DNA of 24,000 bases, taken from NCBI GenBank assembly GCA_937925545.1, contig CALALR010000040.1, positions 125,258-149,257 on the forward strand. The letters run 5' to 3'. The translations under genes and the position numbers were made by a program. Position 1 is the stretch's first letter. Each line of letters starts with the position of its first letter. This DNA comes from an uncultured Planctomycetaceae bacterium (GTDB taxonomy: Bacteria > Planctomycetota > Planctomycetia > Pirellulales > Lacipirellulaceae). The notes beneath the pieces were generated by a model. That model was not told the origin of the DNA. It worked only from the letters and a program-made list of their open reading frames with translations, and ran no database searches. Shown here piece after piece: positions 21,879 through 24,000 of this stretch.

Positions 21879-21929
21879 GACGCGTTGCGTCGCGGCTAAC
21901 CACCAACCCCTAACCACCAACGACTCGCA
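21879..21929 (+). repeat. Intergenic hairpin + CTAACCAC-type C/A-rich leader element (copy B, nth-dcd spacer)
   Basis: Hairpin GACGC-GTT-GCGTC (21879-21891), then GCGGC, then a 12-mer CTAACCACCAAC present twice (21896-21907 and 21910-21921). The element ends 8 nt before the dcd ATG. It shares an exact 14-mer GCGTCGCGGCTAAC (21887-21900) with 5507-5520. Confidence 0.7.
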
Positions 21930-22505
21930 ATGATTCTCTCAGGCCAAGAAATCCTTCGTCGCATGGGCGATGACATCGACATCGATCCATTCGATCCTGC
22001 GAAGATCAACCCAAACAGCTATAATCTAACTCTCCACGATGAATTGATGGTCTATGAGGAAGTGGTGCTCGACATGGCCAAGGCGAATCGCGTTCGCCGG
22101 ATCGAGATTCCCAAAGAGGGGATCGTGCTGAGCCCCAACCAACTCTACCTGGGCCGCACGGTAGAGCGGACCCAGACCCACAATCTCGTGCCCCAGATCG
22201 AAGGCCGCTCGTCAGTCGGTCGGCTCGGGTTGTTCGTGCATGTGACGGCTGGCTTCGGTGACGTTGGTTTCGAGGGTTATTGGACTCTCGAAATGTTTGC
22301 CGTCCAACCGGTACGGATCTACGCCGGGACAGAAATCTGTCAAATCATCTACCATGAACTCACCGGCCCGATTGAAGAGTATTGCTCAAAGTACCAGTAC
22401 AACCACGATATCCAGCCGAGCCTCTTGTTTGAAGAACTCGATCCCGATCGAGAGAACGACCCGCAGTTGCCTCTAAACTTCGGGTTGGAGCGGTCACACG
22501 GGTAG
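21930..22505 (+). CDS. dcd: dCTP deaminase
   Basis: 191 aa with an ATG start. Blocks: MILSGQEILRRMG, NPNSYNLTL, EGRSSVGRLGLFVH and AGFGDVGFEGYWTLE are typical of Dcd. Confidence 0.93.
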   Translation: MILSGQEILRRMGDDIDIDPFDPAKINPNSYNLTLHDELMVYEEVVLDMAKANRVRRIEIPKEGIVLSPNQLYLGRTVERTQTHNLVPQIEGRSSVGRLGLFVHVTAGFGDVGFEGYWTLEMFAVQPVRIYAGTEICQIIYHELTGPIEEYCSKYQYNHDIQPSLLFEELDPDRENDPQLPLNFGLERSHG

Positions 22506-22522
22506 AGAGATTCAGGAATCAA

Positions 22523-24000
22523 TTACTCGACGACTCGCAACTTCATTTCATCCGAATTCGCCTTCAACTCGGGGGCATACATCGCGTAGGCCTTGGTGGG
22601 TAGCGCACTGAATTGCCCAGGGATTTCTGCGTGAAGGCGGTAAGAGATGCTGTGCCGACCTCGAGCCAATCGTTGCAGGAACAGGGTGACTCGTTCGTCG
22701 CGAAGTTCAACATAAGCCCCCAGTTCATTCCGATTATATCCGCTGCGAACTTCGACAGGCTCCAGTCCTGCCGCTTTCATATCTTCGAGCAAGATGTACT
22801 CGTAGTCATTCTTGCTCTCGATCGTAAGTTCAACTTCCACTAGATCGCCGCTCTTTACCTCGGCAAGGTTCACGAGCGGAGTTCGATCGTATTTTTCCAC
22901 GTCTTGCACAACTACCTGGCCACGACCGCCTGCTACCGTTGTCTGTTTGTCGGCTCGTGTGAGTTTGAAGTAATTGCGATCGACTTTGATCTCCAAACCG
23001 GCGGCCTTGATGTCATCTTCCAGCGTAAAATTCGTGAGATATCCGCTGTAATAAATGGGCGAATCTCCTTCTTTGCGAAGTTCGACAGTGTGTCTCCCCG
23101 CAGTAAGTGCAGCTCCCTCGAGCACGAGTTTGTTGTCAAACGAGAACAGGTTATCCTTGGTGATTGTGATCGACTTCTGCTCTTTTCCATCGATCCAAAC
23201 TCCCAGTGTAACATTTGGCTCGACTTCGCCCGTCGCCCGCAGGTAGTCAGCAAAGGCCTCGACTACCAGGGCTGTATCACGGGTGCTGTTCCAATAGCGG
23301 GCGTGCTTGCGGTTATTGAGCAGGTATTTCACCAATCGGGGTGCAATTTCGCTCTGCGGATCTTCGGAAACGAGCAGTTTCAGATAGTACGCGTGCGCTT
23401 CATATTCACTGCCATACCAATACCACCAGGTATCACCAGGGAGCTCTAACCAGGCAGTTTGATTTTCATCGTCTTCGCGTAGGTACTGGCTGATGTTACG
23501 CAATACCATGGTCAGCTTGTCTTCATCGCTGAGTTTTTCCAGGGCAATGCCGTAGGTCGCAAGGCTGTAGACTGCCAGTTTGGTACGGTCGCGGTAAAGA
23601 TATTCGCGCATCTTGTCCGAAACTTCGCTCGACTCGGGTGAAGTGGCTCCCTGTTCGGCAAGCACCATGAATACGAGTGCATCGAGGTTGTCAGCGTGGG
23701 GTTTCGAGTGGATTTTTCCCCGTTGTTCGGCGGGTAGTTTTTGCTCACTTTCGTAGTTTTCGATGAGCCGAACCTGCTCGGCCTGATAGTTGGCTAGCCA
23801 GGCGATGCCTCGATCCAACACACCGGGAACCAGGGCCACCTCATTCTGCACGGCGATCTGTAACCCATGCACGACGACAGCCGTGGTATGTGGTGTGCTT
23901 CGTTCGTTAAATCCGCTAAACCAGCCCCACCCGCCGTCGCCTAGCTGCATCTCGGTGAGTCGATTCACGCCTGCCTTGACGATCTTCGACAACTCGGCTT
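22523..24000 (-). CDS. Alpha-2-macroglobulin family protein, C-terminal part (5' end outside the window)
   Basis: The frame stays open to nt 24000 (the M at 23992 in the track is a TTG codon). It has alpha/alpha-toroid TED-like repeats (GDGGWGWFSG, HTTAVVVHGL). The receptor/MG8-like C-terminus reads VEVELTIESKNDYEYILLEDMKAAGLEPVE ... VELRDERVTLFLQRLARGRHSISYRLHAEIPGQFSALPTKAYAMYAPE. Confidence 0.85.
   Translation of the reverse strand, partial: AELSKIVKAGVNRLTEMQLGDGGWGWFSGFNERSTPHTTAVVVHGLQIAVQNEVALVPGVLDRGIAWLANYQAEQVRLIENYESEQKLPAEQRGKIHSKPHADNLDALVFMVLAEQGATSPESSEVSDKMREYLYRDRTKLAVYSLATYGIALEKLSDEDKLTMVLRNISQYLREDDENQTAWLELPGDTWWYWYGSEYEAHAYYLKLLVSEDPQSEIAPRLVKYLLNNRKHARYWNSTRDTALVVEAFADYLRATGEVEPNVTLGVWIDGKEQKSITITKDNLFSFDNKLVLEGAALTAGRHTVELRKEGDSPIYYSGYLTNFTLEDDIKAAGLEIKVDRNYFKLTRADKQTTVAGGRGQVVVQDVEKYDRTPLVNLAEVKSGDLVEVELTIESKNDYEYILLEDMKAAGLEPVEVRSGYNRNELGAYVELRDERVTLFLQRLARGRHSISYRLHAEIPGQFSALPTKAYAMYAPELKANSDEMKLRVVE

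Noticed and set aside
22904-23449. 181-aa + strand ORF opposite the alpha-2-macroglobulin gene
   Set aside because: It is a shadow ORF within a well-supported long gene and has no motif.
1-24000. CRISPR arrays, transposases/integrases, phage genes, toxin-antitoxin or defence systems
   Set aside because: There are no regularly spaced direct repeats, no IS-like terminal inverted repeats flanking an ORF, and no ORF with recombinase, nuclease-defence or TA-like motifs. The window looks like core chromosome.

Overview
This is a gene-dense, housekeeping-looking chromosomal segment. I support 27 protein-coding features (two of them cut by the window edges) and found no rRNA, tRNA, CRISPR array, transposase or integrase. 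Twenty-two consecutive genes (1630-20879) lie on the minus strand.

Gene content, running from the low-coordinate end of that minus-strand run to the high end:
- A deo-like nucleoside catabolic cluster: thymidine/pyrimidine-nucleoside phosphorylase, two tandem trimeric-type purine nucleoside phosphorylase (PNP) paralogs, deoC, a short AMP-nucleosidase-like protein and a GuaD-like deaminase.
- acpS, trpS, pyrD, a small lipobox protein and an HU/IHF-like protein.
- A tightly coupled block: YdiJ-like FAD/Fe-S oxidoreductase, moaD, moaE, moaA, a SufS/Csd-like cysteine desulfurase and a YkgJ-type Cys-cluster protein.
- Two uncharacterised membrane proteins, folE, a stand-alone Lon N-domain protein and a DUF309 protein.

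On the plus strand are a secreted Cys-type sulfatase, nth and dcd. The C-terminal roughly 490 aa of a bacterial alpha-2-macroglobulin runs off the right edge.

The gene style (signal-peptide sulfatase, alpha-2-macroglobulin, mostly Shine-Dalgarno-less starts) suggests a Planctomycetota/Pirellulales-like genome. That is inference only.

I see no clear-cut novel system such as a defence island or mobile element. The best candidates for a second look are:
1. The ATGA-coupled fusion of a large FAD/Fe-S dehydrogenase to moaD-moaE-moaA.
2. The PNP paralog pair, which shows an Asn-to-Asp change at the base-specificity position.
3. A recurrent intercistronic architecture (small GC hairpin followed by a C/A-rich CTAACCAC / ACCAACCC leader) seen at about five gene junctions, including an exact 14-mer shared by two loci.
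4. A 26-bp-arm nested palindrome after folE.
5. An uncharacterised membrane pair: a split zinc-ribbon protein and an 8-TM protein.

The ORF track reports GTG and TTG starts as M. Several ORFs were therefore trimmed to internal ATGs that fit the neighbouring stop codons better.
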